Of a DNA stretch of 64,000 nucleotides, positions 23,571 through 36,602 are shown piece by piece. Origin of the DNA: Felis catus (lineage: Eukaryota); NCBI RefSeq assembly GCF_018350175.1, contig NC_058372.1:248001-312000 (forward strand). Direction: 5' to 3'. Every line of letters starts with the position of its first letter. The first letter of the stretch is position 1. Below the pieces are notes generated by a model. It was not told the DNA's origin. It saw only the letters and a list, made by a program, of their open reading frames with translations, and ran no database searches. The position numbers were made by a program, and so were the translations under genes.

Positions 23571-25164
23571 AGACCTTGTTCTCCTCCTCCTCTTCCTGGA
23601 GGGTTAGATCTGGGTTCTGCCAGTTGGACTTGCTTTAAGATCTTGAACAAATGACTTAAGTCTTTGGGCTTCTGTTTTTGCATCTGTAAACTGTGGGTAA
23701 TGATAATTACTTTTTACTATGCTGTATGGATTCTTTTTCTGGTTTTGTTTCTTTACTGAACAAGCAATTAATGTATACATTCATTTATAAAGAATTTACA
23801 CCAGACATGTAGAATGAAAGTCTCTTTCAGCCACTGTCTCCCTGAATCCGCATTTGATGTGGTCCCTCAGGATATTTGTGCATTTACATAGCTATCTGTG
23901 TACATATGGAGATATGATGGAAATATGTGTGAGTATACATATGTGTATTACTGAAATAGCTATAAAATGAGTATGGTGGAGATGATGAAGAGGTCTGTTT
24001 GTGGACCCGAGAGAGGTCCGAGAGAGGCTGGTGGTTAACAATAAAGGCTGTCGTTTTTATTAAAACTAATCAATAGATAATGCTACAATTGCAAGACCAT
24101 TTACAGCATTTACAGACACACAGGCAAACCCCACAAAGCAAAATCAACTAAGAGCTACAGTGGTGGAGATGGGGTGGGCTGTTAGTTTTTCTCCCTGGCC
24201 CCTCTAGTTAGTGGACTTTCTATGTGCATGTGTAACTTTGATTCACATCCTGAAAAATAACTGGTGTTCTGTGTTCCTGTTTTTCCCACCAGCCCCATGG
24301 AGACCCGCTGCCCACCCCTCCCTCAGAGCGTACCACACCCTCCCTTCCTCCCCCTTCCTCCAGTCCATTCCCACAGCCCAGCGGGTGCAGCCCCCCACCT
24401 CCCTGCCTCTCTCCCCCCTCCCACACTACCCCTGCAGCCAGACCACCTCTGAACCTCACCCAGGAGAGCCGGGCCAACATTAAGTTTAGAAGGACCAGCT
24501 CAGCATTCGTCTGAGCTGCAGCCCAGGGCAGAGGGCAGGACCCCCAGCCTCACTACACCCCGGATCTCAGCTTGCTGAGCTGCCCACGGGCTGCAGACAC
24601 ACCTCCTGGACCTTCCCAACTCCATGCTCCCTGCTCCCTCAACAAAATCCTCCCCGTGTGCATGTGTCTTTAATATGGAATCGAAGTTCAGAGCACAAAA
24701 CAATTCTGCACTTGCTTGTCTTTTAAACATGGGTCTTAGAAATTATCTCGTGTCAAATAGGTCTTCCTTGTGTTTAACTGCTGCATGAATTAGATTCGGT
24801 AACGTATGCAAAAGCACTCTGCATGCTTCCTGGCACGTGGGAACATGCAGGGAATGTCTGCTTCCTTCCCTCGAGTTCCTATTCCTCCAGCACAAAGGAC
24901 AGACACCCAGGACAGACGCTAGTCCTAAGGCCCCCTCCCCCCTCACTAAGTCCATCACAGCTTCACATCCAAGTTCACACACCCGGCTCCCTGGAGCTCT
25001 CGCACACACCCTCCTCGCTGGGTCTCACCCTGAAGCCCTCTCACACCCTGTCCTGCCACCCACTGGGGGAATATGTCCCTCCAGGACCAGACTCGTCACT
25101 TCCTGCGGGAATGCTGCCCCCACCCTCGCAGCACAGAACCTGGGCAACCCCTTGGGCCCCCAGT

Positions 25165-25500
25165 GGCCCAGAGCAGGCGTCCGGGATCCCTGTCTCCACC
25201 CTGTCCAACACGTCCCCAGTGTAGGTGGTCCAGGTGGTCCGGGGTCCCTGCCTCCACCCCATCCCCCACCGTCCCGGTTCAGGTGGTCCGGGGTCCCTGC
25301 TTCCACCCCGTCCAACACGGTCCCCCACCGTACCCAGTGTAGGTGGTCTAGGGTCCCTGTCTGCACCCCACTGTCCCCTGTGCTGGCGGTCCAGGGTCCC
25401 CCACTCTCCCCCACCGTCCGGTGCAGGCGGTCCGAGGTCCCTGTCTCCACCCCGTCCCCCACCGTCCCTGTACAGGCGGTCCGGGTCTGTCCATCCAGTC
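25165..25500. repeat. Degenerate minisatellite with a unit of about 50 bp
   Basis: Recurring ggtccggggtccctgtctccaccccgtcc...caccgtcc...g(t/c)agg(t/c)g, about 6 copies. Confidence 0.75.
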
Positions 25501-27889
25501 TGGTGAGCCCTGCCGCGCCCTGATTCAGGGCCCACTTGTCTGCAGCTCCCGCCCTCTTAGGTGGGGTGAACCTGCACGCCTGGTTAAAACCCCTCCTGAG
25601 TCCCCCCTCCCTCCACCCCCCCCCAGCCGGGTGCGGGACGTGGCGGTGCAGGTGTGTCCTCCTCACAGCCCGAGTTTGGGTTTCGAGGACGCTCAGCACC
25701 GGGAGGGGCTCCGGGAGGGGCTCCAGGGGGGCCGCAGGACCGGGCCAGCTGCCCCCAGACCCGCGGGCGGGTGGTGCGTGCAGAGCCGGGGGGAGGGCTG
25801 TGGGGTGCGTCGAGGCTCCTCAGGAAGTCAGAGGGAGAGGCGCCTGCCCTAATTGGTAGGCCAGGTGCCAGCAGCATGCCAGTGATGTTTTGGTGACAGG
25901 TCACCCGGGAAGAGGAGGGACAGCGTGTCACGTGGGGCCCCTCCGGCTCGGTTGGCTTTTCTGGGTCACCCTCTGCGGCTGCCTCCCTTCTGGTTTCCCC
26001 CGCCAGTTCCGCCTGGTGTCTCTGACTCATGGCCCCTGCCCCTACTCTCTGTGCCTCCATGTCCCTGGGGGTCAGCTGGGGGCAGAAGCACTGAGGCCCC
26101 ACCCTCTGGCCCAGTCTCTTCCTTGTGACACTGTCACACACGCTTCGGGAGTGGTTAGTGAGACCCAAGAATGAAGAGGCGGTGAAGACTGGTCTTCCTT
26201 GGCTCACGATGGCACGTGTTTACTGGGCGCTGACAGTTCACACTTGACCCCTGACGACCCACCACGCCACCCCGGCAGTGCCCTCAGTCAAGGGGCCCTT
26301 CCCTGCTCCCACATCCCACCTCCTGCCCCTCTGCCTCCACCCACACCAGCAGCCTCTTCCTGCCACCTGCCTCCTGAGCCAGGTTCGCCTCCCCTGGAGC
26401 CAGAGTCCTCGAGACCCTGCCCGCCCCCCCCCACCCTCCCCACCCCTGCCCCAGGGATCCCTCCTTCCAGCTCCAGCCACCAGGCCTTCAGGCTACATCC
26501 CACCCATGACAGTGTTGCCTCAGGGCCTTTGCCCCACCTCTCCCTCAATCGGCACCACTTTTCTCCTAGTGCCTGGCCAATCCCTTCACCTTCCTCAAAT
26601 CCTTGCTCAAATACCACCCGCTGAAACTGTAACCCAGACCCACCTACACACTACTCCCTCCCTTCCTTCCCAGCTTCCTGTCAGGCATTTCCCATTTTTA
26701 TCGACCTGTCTTCCCCATCAGAATGGAATCCCCATGAGGGCACATTCTTGTCTGCCTCATCCTCTCTGAGGCCCCAGCTCCCAACACAGTCTCTGAAACA
26801 CTGTCGAGGCTTCATAAATATCTGTTGAATAAATGAATACAAATGATTTCCTTTGATCATTAAAACAAGTCTCTGACATCAATATAAATGTCTCCACTCT
26901 ATAATCATAAAACTGACAAGAAGTGAGTCAAATCTTGGAAATCCCACTGTTTCTGCATAGGGTGTGCATTCCTCCACACTGGGCAGGATCTTACCTAGTT
27001 TAGTCACAATGGGCAAAGATCCAAAATGAGGGGTCTGGACTGATGGGTTTCCCATCTGCTAGAGGATGTCTCCAACCTCCCTGGCTGCCTGAGTCCAGCC
27101 TTAGTCCTTCCTGGAACCAGGAAGAGATTTAATGGCTTACCGGTCCGCTGGGAGACTGTGGACCACAGGGCCGTGGGAAAGCGTTCCGTTTCTGGCTTCT
27201 ACACTCCGTCCACCGCACTGACTGAGCTTGATTCTGTCCAGGAAATGGGATGAGGACAAGCAGAGGGAGAGCAAGAATAGGAAAGCAGATAAGGTGGAGG
27301 CGCGGACACGTAGGGAGGGAGAGAAGGACCAAGCAGGTAAGTGCAGGGGAGGGGGTGCTCTATAGAGAGACCCAGAGGAGGTGCCCTGGTGTCCCTCTGT
27401 CCGGGCCTCCTCTTCTGCAGTCCCATGTCAACACCCAAAGCTCACTTTGCATGAACCTAGTCCATTCCCATGGCCAGGAACTCAACCTTGATTCCCCTGA
27501 ACCCCAGTGACCAGGATGGTACTTCCATCAACAAAACCCTTGAAGCTGGCCTGCTCCTTTCCGGGGTCACCGCCTGCCACCTAGATCATTGGAGCACGTT
27601 CTTTCTTCAGGACAACCAACCCACAAGACTCTGGGGGCCACCACCGGCTTGCAGAGGCCCTGGGTCACTCTTATTCCACACCTGTCTCGTTCAGCTCCTT
27701 CTAACTGGAGACCCTGTGTGGTCTGGTCTCTGCCTGAGTCTTCATCTACTGGCACTACCTTCACCTGCAGCTCACCATATACCAGCTCTCCTTAAATCGG
27801 CCCCCATTGGCCCTTTCCTCAGAGTCTTTGTAAAGCTGCTCTCTGCCCCTGGAATGCCCTTCCCTCCTCTCTGTGCCTGACGAGCTTCT

Positions 27890-28150
27890 TTTTTTTTTTT
27901 TTTTTTTATTTATTTATTTTTTTAATTTTTTTTCAACGTTTTTTTTTTTTATTTTTTTTATTTTTGGGACAGAGAGAGACAGAGCATGAATGGGGGAGGG
28001 GCAGAGAGAGAGGGAGACACAGAATCGGAAACAGGCTCCAGGCTCCGAGCCATCAGCCCAGAGCCTGACGCGGGGCTCGAACTCACGGACCGTGAGATCG
28101 TGACCTGGCTGCAGTCAGACGCTTAACCGACTGCGCCACCCAGGCGCCCC
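27890..28150 (-). mobile_element. Young felid SINE (SINEC_Fc-type)
   Basis: Long poly-T; perfect 16-bp TSD tgcctgacgagcttct at 27874-27889 and 28151-28166. Confidence 0.95.
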
Positions 28151-28378
28151 TGCCTGACGAGCTTCTATTCATCTCTCCGGTCTCCTCTTGAACGTTGGCT
28201 GCCCAGAGGGGCCTTCCTCAACACCCCCATCTAAACCAGAGCCCTGTGCCAGGTCTTTGTGGGCTCACCAGATTCAGCAAATGGAAACATAAGACATCTA
28301 CTTAAATCTAAATCCCAGATAAATAATCAATCATTTTTTAGTATAAGTATTCCCCATACAGTATTTGGGAGATATTGA

Positions 28379-28614
28379 NNNNNNNNNNNNNNNNNNNNNN
28401 NNNNNNNNNNNNNNNNNNNNNNNNNNNNNNNNNNNNNNNNNNNNNNNNNNNNNNNNNNNNNNNNNNNNNNNNNNNNNNNNNNNNNNNNNNNNNNNNNNNN
28501 NNNNNNNNNNNNNNNNNNNNNNNNNNNNNNNNNNNNNNNNNNNNNNNNNNNNNNNNNNNNNNNNNNNNNNNNNNNNNNNNNNNNNNNNNNNNNNNNNNNN
28601 NNNNNNNNNNNNNN
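28379..28614. other. Assembly gap (236 N)
   Basis: Run of n; the right flank is a partial antisense SINE. Confidence 1.
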
Positions 28615-31600
28615 AGCAGGGGAGGGGCAGAGAGAGGGAGACACAGAATCCAAAGCAGACTCCAGACTCTGAGCTGTCAGCACAGAGCCTGATACAGGGC
28701 TCGAACTTAGGGACTGCGAGATCATGACTTGAGCTGAAATTGGACGCTTAACTGAGTCACCCAGGCGCCCCTGGACGTCCCATATTTTATCTGGCAACTC
28801 TAGGTATGTGGAATGATGTCCCTCCCCTTCTATTTGGAGAGGTTGGAAAGTAAAACAAACTCTACTTCTCAGGAACTTTTGCAGCTAGGGTTTCCCCAGT
28901 TGGATGTAGTTGTATGACATTCAAGAGGCAAGAGTGAGGGAGGCCCCCCTCCTACAGCAGATGAGGTGGCCGAGCTCCAGCAGACACGTGGGAGTGGGGG
29001 CAGTGCTTCTGGGAGTGCTTCTGACTGACTGACCTTGAAACCAAGAGTCCAGCTAGAGCCTTGTGACCTTCCAGGCCTTTCCATGATTCTCTTATCACGT
29101 GGTTCCTTGTATTGAATCCCTTGCCGCCGACCAGACCAGACAGAGAGTAGTTTCTTCTCCCTGACCTGGTCCTCAGCACCTGCAGCTCCCTTCACGGCAC
29201 TGTGTGGACATGCACATGACTGTCTGGTGTCTCTCTTGCTGTCCACAGGCTGTGGCCGTCATGCTGATTGTCATACATCAGTGTTAGTGTGCCTGGACCT
29301 CATCATTTGCTCCTTCTACTCCTGGTCAAGCAGGGCCTCACCCTGAACATACAAGAGTGGTCAGTGAGCACCTCTTTATTTGAAATGAGTGTAGAAGAGA
29401 CAGGCAGCAACCTTCCTGCACTCTTGAGGGATGGGGACTAGAAGGGCTGGCCTGCTCGCACCCCAGCTACCCTGGATGAGCACAGTCACCCCTGTGGACC
29501 CCAGTTTTCTCATCTGCAATGTAAGCATTAGGCTACGTGGTGATAACGTCCCTGTCAGTTCTAACGCTCTACCCATCTGGGATTCTGTGACCTCAAAGTG
29601 TGAGAACAGAAGCCAATTAGCTGCATCTGGTGCCCGGCACAGCTTAGGAAATCGTCTGTTTGGAAGGCTTGTTCTCGCTGCGGGGGGTGGACATGGAAAC
29701 GGATTCTCATCCCGAATGTGAGGGGGCAGAGGAGGACCAGACTTACAGCAGGAAGGGAGGTGAAGGCTGCTGGGTCTGTGTATGCACAGACCGACACTGT
29801 AATCCTGGCTCTTAGAACACAGCCCAGCGCCTGTCACCTGTCAGGGCCTGTGCACCTCCTACCACACCACTGGTCACACTCAGAGCATTAAGAACTGCCC
29901 CCCTGCCCCCCAGCCTGGGGGCTCCCTCTCACCACCCAGAGCTTGGCTCACACATCACCCCTCAGAGAAGCGTTTTCTAACACCCTGTCAAAGTCGTGCA
30001 CACCTCCTCCACTTAATTCCTCTTATATTACCCGCTTTATATTCTTCAAAGCACTTATCACATCTATAATTATCTTGTTCATTTATTTGTTTACTTGCTT
30101 ATGGTTAGTCTTTCCCAACAGAATCTAATTTGCCAGAGGACAAGGGACCATGGCTGGCCTGCTCACCCTGTACCAGAGTTCCCAGCACAGTGCTCGACTC
30201 AGCAAGTGCTTGCTGGGAGCCCACCTGAATGCAGGAGCAAATGCATGGCCCCTAAGGGGACTCTGCTGGGGGGGGCGGGGGGAGGCGGGATGAGGAGGTC
30301 TGGGGACACACTGGAGGGAAGAATGAGTATGGAATGTTGTAGGGCAGTTTAAAGGGTGGATAAAGTGACATTGCTGTGTGTGTGTGGGGGGGGAGGGTGG
30401 TCAGAAGGACACAGAACAAATGAGCATCCAGGATAAAAGTGAGGGAGGAACCCCCCCCACCCCCCCACCCCCCCGCCACAGGCACCATTAGCCCTGAGCA
30501 GGGGCTTCAAGGAGGGGGACAGGAAAGAGAAAATCAAGTCTCAGAAGACAGGACATAACGCCTCAGGGAAAGAACACAGGGGTGGAGGCAGTGGGTCTGA
30601 ATTTCAGCAGCTCTACCTGAAAGCAAATCCTTAACCCCAGGAATCTGAGTCATCCTCTCAGCTCAGAGCTGCTACAGAGCTACAGAGCGCGGGCTGGGAG
30701 GGTGCTGGCCTTGCAACCGGGGTCATGTCCATGAGTATCAGGTTGATCTGCTGGAAACTTCATCCTCTGTCTGCCTCGAGCCCCCTTCCCATCAGGGCTG
30801 TCTCCCCAGAGTATGTGCAGCAATTCTTGGGACAGCTGCACATTGTAAACAGCAGAGTCTTTAAAAAAAAACAAAAAAAACAAAAAACACAAGTCCTTAC
30901 AGAAGCAACCGACATTGAAGAAAGTCTTGGGCAACAGGGCACAGTGAGTGAGGCCTGAGAAAGAACTGCGCTTCCTTAATTAGGCTTCTTATCCCCTGAG
31001 ATCTCTTTCTCCAGTTTTCTCCCCAAAGATGCCTCACGATTTTGGTTCAGGCTTTTCCATTTCTTTCCCACTCAACCCAACCTGCCCTTTGTTTACAAGT
31101 CACAGCCTCCAGGAGGCCTTCCTGAAATCATTCCCACTCATCCTACAATCTGTCAACATAATCCTCAGTCCACCTTTACAACTCAGTAATGACAGCTCTG
31201 GGTGGATGATGGGTACACCTTTGTGCACCATCACACTCCCTAACTCGGCAGTGGTGGATTCTGGTGGATGAGGGACAAAGCTTCATCTGCCTTGTCACAT
31301 TCCCTGAGGGCAAAGACCTGGACTGTCTGGTCCTCAATCTCCCAAACACCTCTCTCCGCCTTAACACCCCCTAAAGACTTGTGAACTCTTTGACTGGATG
31401 GGGATGTCATGGATATGGAGGAGAGCCAGGCTGAAGAATAAACGAAATGAGAAAGAAGCAGAAGAGAAAGAAAGAAAGTAGCAGATGGGCTAAGGCCTGC
31501 CCCACCTCCACCACCTCCCAGTGCAGGTTCTCACTTTCCACAGTGAGAGGGGAGACCTCCTGGAAGCAGCTGGAAAGGGGTGGGGACTGGGATGAGGGAG

Positions 31601-32135
31601 GCGGGATCCAGTCGCCTTCAGTCGGCCCACAAAGCCAACCCAGCACATACCAAGGGTCACCTCCACCCATGTAGCTCTCTGGAGGTAGAATGAGCCCAGA
31701 GCAGGGATCAGAGGGTTCAGGCAGAGTTATTAGGGATTCTGGCAGGGAAGGGAGAAAGCCTTGAGAAGTGAGACATTTCCCGGCAATGCCCATCTCCAAA
31801 TGTCCACCCCTGCACTACGTGTCTGGAAGCCACTAGGTGTGGGCTCATGGGGAGCACCGGGCAGAGGCTGAGCAGAAGCACTGTTAGCAGGAGTCCCTGA
31901 CGTTTGTTTCTAGAAGGCATGTGATGACTAGACCATGAGCTTCCAGAGCACAGGCTGAATGCCATGCCACATACTATGTGGGTGTCCCCCAGCACCACGC
32001 CTGGCCTCTGCCAGTGTGCAATGATTGCTGACCGAGGAGAAGAATATTGTGCACATTTAGAAGGTCTAAGCAGAGTCTGCCAGAGGACACTTCAGTTTGC
32101 CCAAGAGGCGGCAGGCAGTTCAATGGCTGGGTGCA

Positions 32136-33225
32136 CAGTGAAACCTTGGTTTGCGAGTATGATTTGTTCACAATTATGCTTGTAATCCAAACACTTGCAT
32201 ATCAAAGTGAATTTCCCCATAAGAAATAATGGAAACTCAGGTGATTCGTTCCACAACCCATCATTCATATAAAAATGATTACAATATTTTTTTTTAATTT
32301 TTTTTCAACGTTTTTATTTATTTTTGGGACAGAGAGAGACAGAGCATGAACAGGGGAGGGGCAGAGAGAGAGGGAGACACAGAATCGGAAACAGGCTCCA
32401 GGCTCTGAGCCATCAGCCCAGAGCCTGACGCGGGGCTCGAACTCACGGACCACAAGATCGTGACCTGGCTGAAGTCGGACGCTTAACCGACTGCGCCACC
32501 CAGGCGCCCCAAAATGATTACAATATTGTAATATAATACAAAAAAATCAAGAAAATATAAAGAAAAATAAACAAATTAACCTGCACTTCCCTTTGAAAAC
32601 TTTCACGGCTGGTGTGAGGGAGGCAAGAGAGAGGAGGGTTCTTGTGTAGAAAGACTTTCACTATCACTGACAGAATCACTGCCACCTGTTGGCTCAACGG
32701 AATCTTTCTCTGCATGGGGGTCATTGTATACGCTCGCACGGATGTTGACTACAGTGCAGTGTCGATAAACTCTTGTCATATACTGTATTTAATGTAACTG
32801 GCGACGAGGCAGCAGAGGAAAGGGTCTATATCTGCAGGCAGCCTGACCTAGAATGAAGCAAAGCATTCCTAAGCTCACTTTTCTGGAAAAGCAAAGGACT
32901 GTCCACAGGTGCTTGGAAGTAACAAAAAATACACTAGTGCCAGTTACGGGCACCTTCCAACGTGCTGAAAAATCACTGATTTGTGCCAAACACCTCGGCC
33001 TGAGACTGAGCATCCGAGCATGGAAGACGATCACCCACAACCCGGGGGGGGGGGGGGCGCGGAGAGGGAGAGAGAGAGAGAGAACATTGGCTCAGTGTTG
33101 ATCATGTGACATTCCACATCTCGTACTACTTGTATTGCAAGACATCGCTCGTTTATCAAGTTAAAACTTATCAGAAATGTTTGCTTGTCTTGCAGAACAA
33201 GATACTCGCAGTCAAGGTTCTACTG
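32136..33225. mobile_element. Tigger-type (TcMar) non-autonomous DNA transposon with a young SINE inserted at 32287-32510
   Basis: Terminal inverted repeats cagtgaaaccttggtttgcgagt / actcgcagtcaaggttctactg; SINE TSD aaaatgattacaatatt. Confidence 0.8.
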
Positions 33226-34149
33226 TCTATTTATTGAGACCTGCTGAGTGCCAGGCACCATTCCAGGTTCAGGGAAAGCATGGTGAACATAATAAAGGCT
33301 AGGTTCCTGTTCCTATAAAACTACCTTCTATTGGACAGAAACAGCTCAAAACAGATAAGCAGACCATTTCAGATGGTGATAAATACCACAAAGACAGTAC
33401 ATCTGGGTAAAGATGAGGAAAGCAACTTGAGATACAATGGGGAAAGACATCCTCTCTTGAAGTGTTCCATGTGGCTTGAGCCCTGGATGACAAGACGGAC
33501 ACAGCCTCGTCCAGCTCGGGAGGAAGCGGGGCCCGAGCAAGTGCACACACCTGGCGGGGAGATCAGCCCGTGTATGCTCAGGGAGCAAACAGTGTGAGCC
33601 CTGCATCTAGCACAGCGAAATGGGGCTGATTTGGGGAGGGTAGGTCCATCTGCACACTTCACCCTCATCACGTCACACAGTGGGGTCACCACGTGCCTAA
33701 ACATTGGGATCTCCTGGAAAGCTTTCAAAACTCGATGCCTACCTCCTCCCCCCCATGCACAGAGATTCTGTACAGTTGACCTGCGGTGTCTCCTGGACAT
33801 CGGGAACCTAAAAGCTGCCCAGATCATTCTCACGTGAACATGAACAAAACTGCAGAGCAGACCTTGCAGGCCGCAGCAGGCACTTGTGCTGTGAACACCA
33901 GCTCTCTGAACACACTCGCGTGCCATTTCCCCACCTCTCCAGGCCCAGATCTGGAAAGGACCCAATGTCTGAAAGGCCCTGAGGAGGGGATGGAATCAAG
34001 AAGATGAAGTGATCCGAAGGAAGACAGAAAGAGAATGGGCAAGAACACCAAGAGACACAGGGAACTCCAGAACATGTGACAGATTGAAGGGGCGAAAACA
34101 AACAAACAGGTGCAGAGAGTCCCAAAGGGTCAGAGATTTGTGGGACAGG

Positions 34150-34620
34150 GGAAGCAGAGCCTGCCGTAACAAATGATCACAAACGCAAACCGCGCACCCT
34201 TACCTCACAGTCCTGTAGTTCAGAAGTCGAAAGTGGGTCCTACTGGGTGAAAATCAAGCCATCTGCAGGACTGGAGGCCTCCTGGAGTCCATTGCCTTCC
34301 TTTCCCGGCTCCGAGGGGCAGTCCGCTTCCTCTGCACGCAGCCCTTTCCTCAGTGTTCAAAGTCAACAGTGTTAGGCTGAGTGCTTCGCACACGTCTCTC
34401 GCTGGTTGTTCTCTCCTGCTTCTGTCCTCTGCCTTTAAGGATGTTGTGGACCTTGAACCCTGTGGATAATCTAGAGAAATCTCTCTGTTTCGAACCCAAG
34501 CGATCAGCAACCCTAAGTCCATCTGCAAACTTAATTCCCCTTTGCCCTGGAAGGTAACAGATTTACAGGTTCCAGGAATTAAGACGTGGACATCTTGGGG
34601 GACTGTGACTCCATCTTCCA
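34150..34620. mobile_element. MLT1 (MaLR) LTR
   Basis: gccgtaacaaatgatcacaaac...ggttccaggaattaagacgtggacatcttgggg; similar MLT1 pieces at about 5385-5660 and 38380-38770. Confidence 0.7.
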
Positions 34621-35699
34621 CAGCACGAAAGCCCGTTTTACAAAACAGGTTTGGGTCGTATCTGTAGCTGTAGGTCTTATGAGCACTGAGCTGAGAGCTT
34701 TGTTCCAAGATAAATACACATGTGTTTATTTGTGAGGGTTTATCACGGTGTCCAATTTGAGTGTCTCCCCGGTAAGTGTGGAGCAGAGGTGGGGAGAAGG
34801 GTGCCTCAAGGGCTGCCTGATCTTTATTATGTTTGTCTTCGAGCTGCTGCTCCCCAAAGACCTACGGCTGCCGCATTGTTCTTATTGACAATAAAACTAA
34901 TGACAGCGTCTCTTTGCGTGTTTTCTTGGAGTACGTCTCTGTGTCCCTGAGAAACCCTCGCTGTCCACCCCAGTGGTATTCAGTGTGTCTGAGACTGGGT
35001 ACATCTGTGGCCTCTGCATTATGTGAACGCCTCTGTCCGTGGGGAATTTGGACGTGATGGGTGAGCAGACAGGTCTGTACAACAGTGTGTGCGAGCACAC
35101 TCGTGGACAGATGTTTACTTCCCCACAAACCCTGCAGGGCAGGCAGACAGACAGGCCTCCCGTGAGAGCGGCAGAGGAACTAGCAGGTGGAGGGCGTGGG
35201 AAGAGAGGAGAGGAGGGAAGAGCCAGGAGATGGATGAGAGGGGAGGGAGAGGAAAGATCAGAGGGAAGATTTTGGAAAGCAGAGGGGAGGTTTTGGGGAT
35301 CTCAAATGAAACAGAGACAGCGGGGAGTCACAGCTAGGGCACAGATCAGGGCTGGCTACAGCCCCGCTTCTGCTTATTCCGGGCCTTTGTGCCCTTGGCA
35401 AGGCCAGCTCTCTGGGCCGCTGTTTACCAAGAGACTTGAAATAGATGAACCCTAGGTACTCCCCAAAGAAGGGTGAAAAGTGGAAATAAAAACCCACACC
35501 GGGAAAAACTGAGAGAAAGAACTAGAGACAGGTGGGGAGAGAGTAGAAGTAGGGGAGGCCCAGCCAGACGTAGAACTGACTCCCGGAGACCTGAGCGGGG
35601 GCGCCTGCTCCCCCCTCCCTTACCCCACAGCTTCAGAGGGTTCTTAAGCCCTTAATAGGTAAGGCAGCAAGCAGGGAGGAAAGGAAAGACTCACCAGCA

Positions 35700-36239
35700 G
35701 TGACAGCACACACCAGACCGAGGCCTGGATCCTCGCTCCCGCCTCCAACTCCGGGGAAGTGGGTGTGCCGGCCGCCTGGAGTGACTCACACCCCGGCGAT
35801 GTGGGCGCACACGCCGAAAGCGAGCCCGGGCGCTCTGCCCACCGGCTCAGCACAGGCCCGGGGCGGAGATGAGATTGGGGCGCCGGAGGGGTGACAAGGA
35901 GGCGACCCCCGCCCTCACGGTGCGGCCTTGCCCCCAGAGCGCCCCCTCCCGAGCACCAGCTCGCCCCGAGGACCCGGGCGCGCGCGTCCCCCGCCCTCCT
36001 CCCCCAGACCCGAGCTGGGAAGCTGGAGAACCAGGTGAGCTGTTGCGCAAGGCCCGGTGTTTACCTGCCGCGGGGGCCTCCTCCTCCCTATAAAGCCTGG
36101 CGCGGCGGGGAGGGCGGCGGAGGCCGCCACTGCTCGGAGAGGGGCCACAGCGCGCCCGAAGGTTCATGCGCCGGGCGGGGACAGGGCCCCGCGCTCGGCT
36201 CGCAGCAGGCGCGGCCCGCGGGCGGGGGTCGCGCTTCCC
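35700..36239 (+). promoter_or_regulatory. RNF39: RNF39 promoter and 5' UTR (CpG island, TATA box)
   Basis: TATAAA 36089-36094; AP-1 TGACTCA 35782-35788; C/EBP-type TTGCGCAA 36043-36050; forkhead-type TGTTTAC 36058-36064. Confidence 0.7.
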
Positions 36240-36602
36240 ATGGAGGCGCCCGAGCTGGGCCTGGGGCTGGTGCAGCGTCTGGAGCAGCTGGCGACGTGCC
36301 CGCTGTGCGGGGGCCCCTTCGAGGACCCGGTGCTGCTGGCGTGCGAGCACAGCTTCTGCCGCGCGTGCCTGGCCCGCCGCTGGGGCGCCCCTCCGGCCGC
36401 CGGCGACCAGGCGCCCGCCCCCGCCTGCCCCTGCTGCGGCCAGCCGTGCCCCCGCCGCAGCCTGAGGTCTAACGTGCGGCTGGCAGTGGAGGTGCGCATC
36501 AGCCGGGGGCTGCGCGACAAGCTGGCCGAGGCGGGCGCCCGCGCGGGGAGGCGCAGGGGGGGTCGCATCCCCACCATGGGCTGCCTGGACCCGCGCGGAG
36601 AG
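36240..36602 (+). CDS. RNF39: RNF39 coding exon 1 (RING finger)
   Basis: MEAPELGLGLVQRLEQLATCPLCGGPFEDPVLLACEHSFCRAC... C3HC4 RING; donor GAG|gtgagg; 363 bp. Confidence 0.97.

Noticed and set aside
22726-23654. 182-275-aa Pro/Gly-rich ORFs on both strands
   Set aside because: Passive translation of the 39-bp minisatellite.
25584-26207. Minus-strand ORF with CDSVTRK, reminiscent of an MR1/MHC-I alpha-1 segment
   Set aside because: Only a 5-residue match; conserved Trp and helix residues, splice borders and neighbouring alpha-2/alpha-3 exons are absent.
31920-32130. RING-like words on the minus strand (LCLDLL, CGMAFSLC)
   Set aside because: The underlying DNA reads as an old L2 3' fragment (ccaggcgtggtgctgggggac...gctcatggtctagt), and the spacing does not fit a RING.
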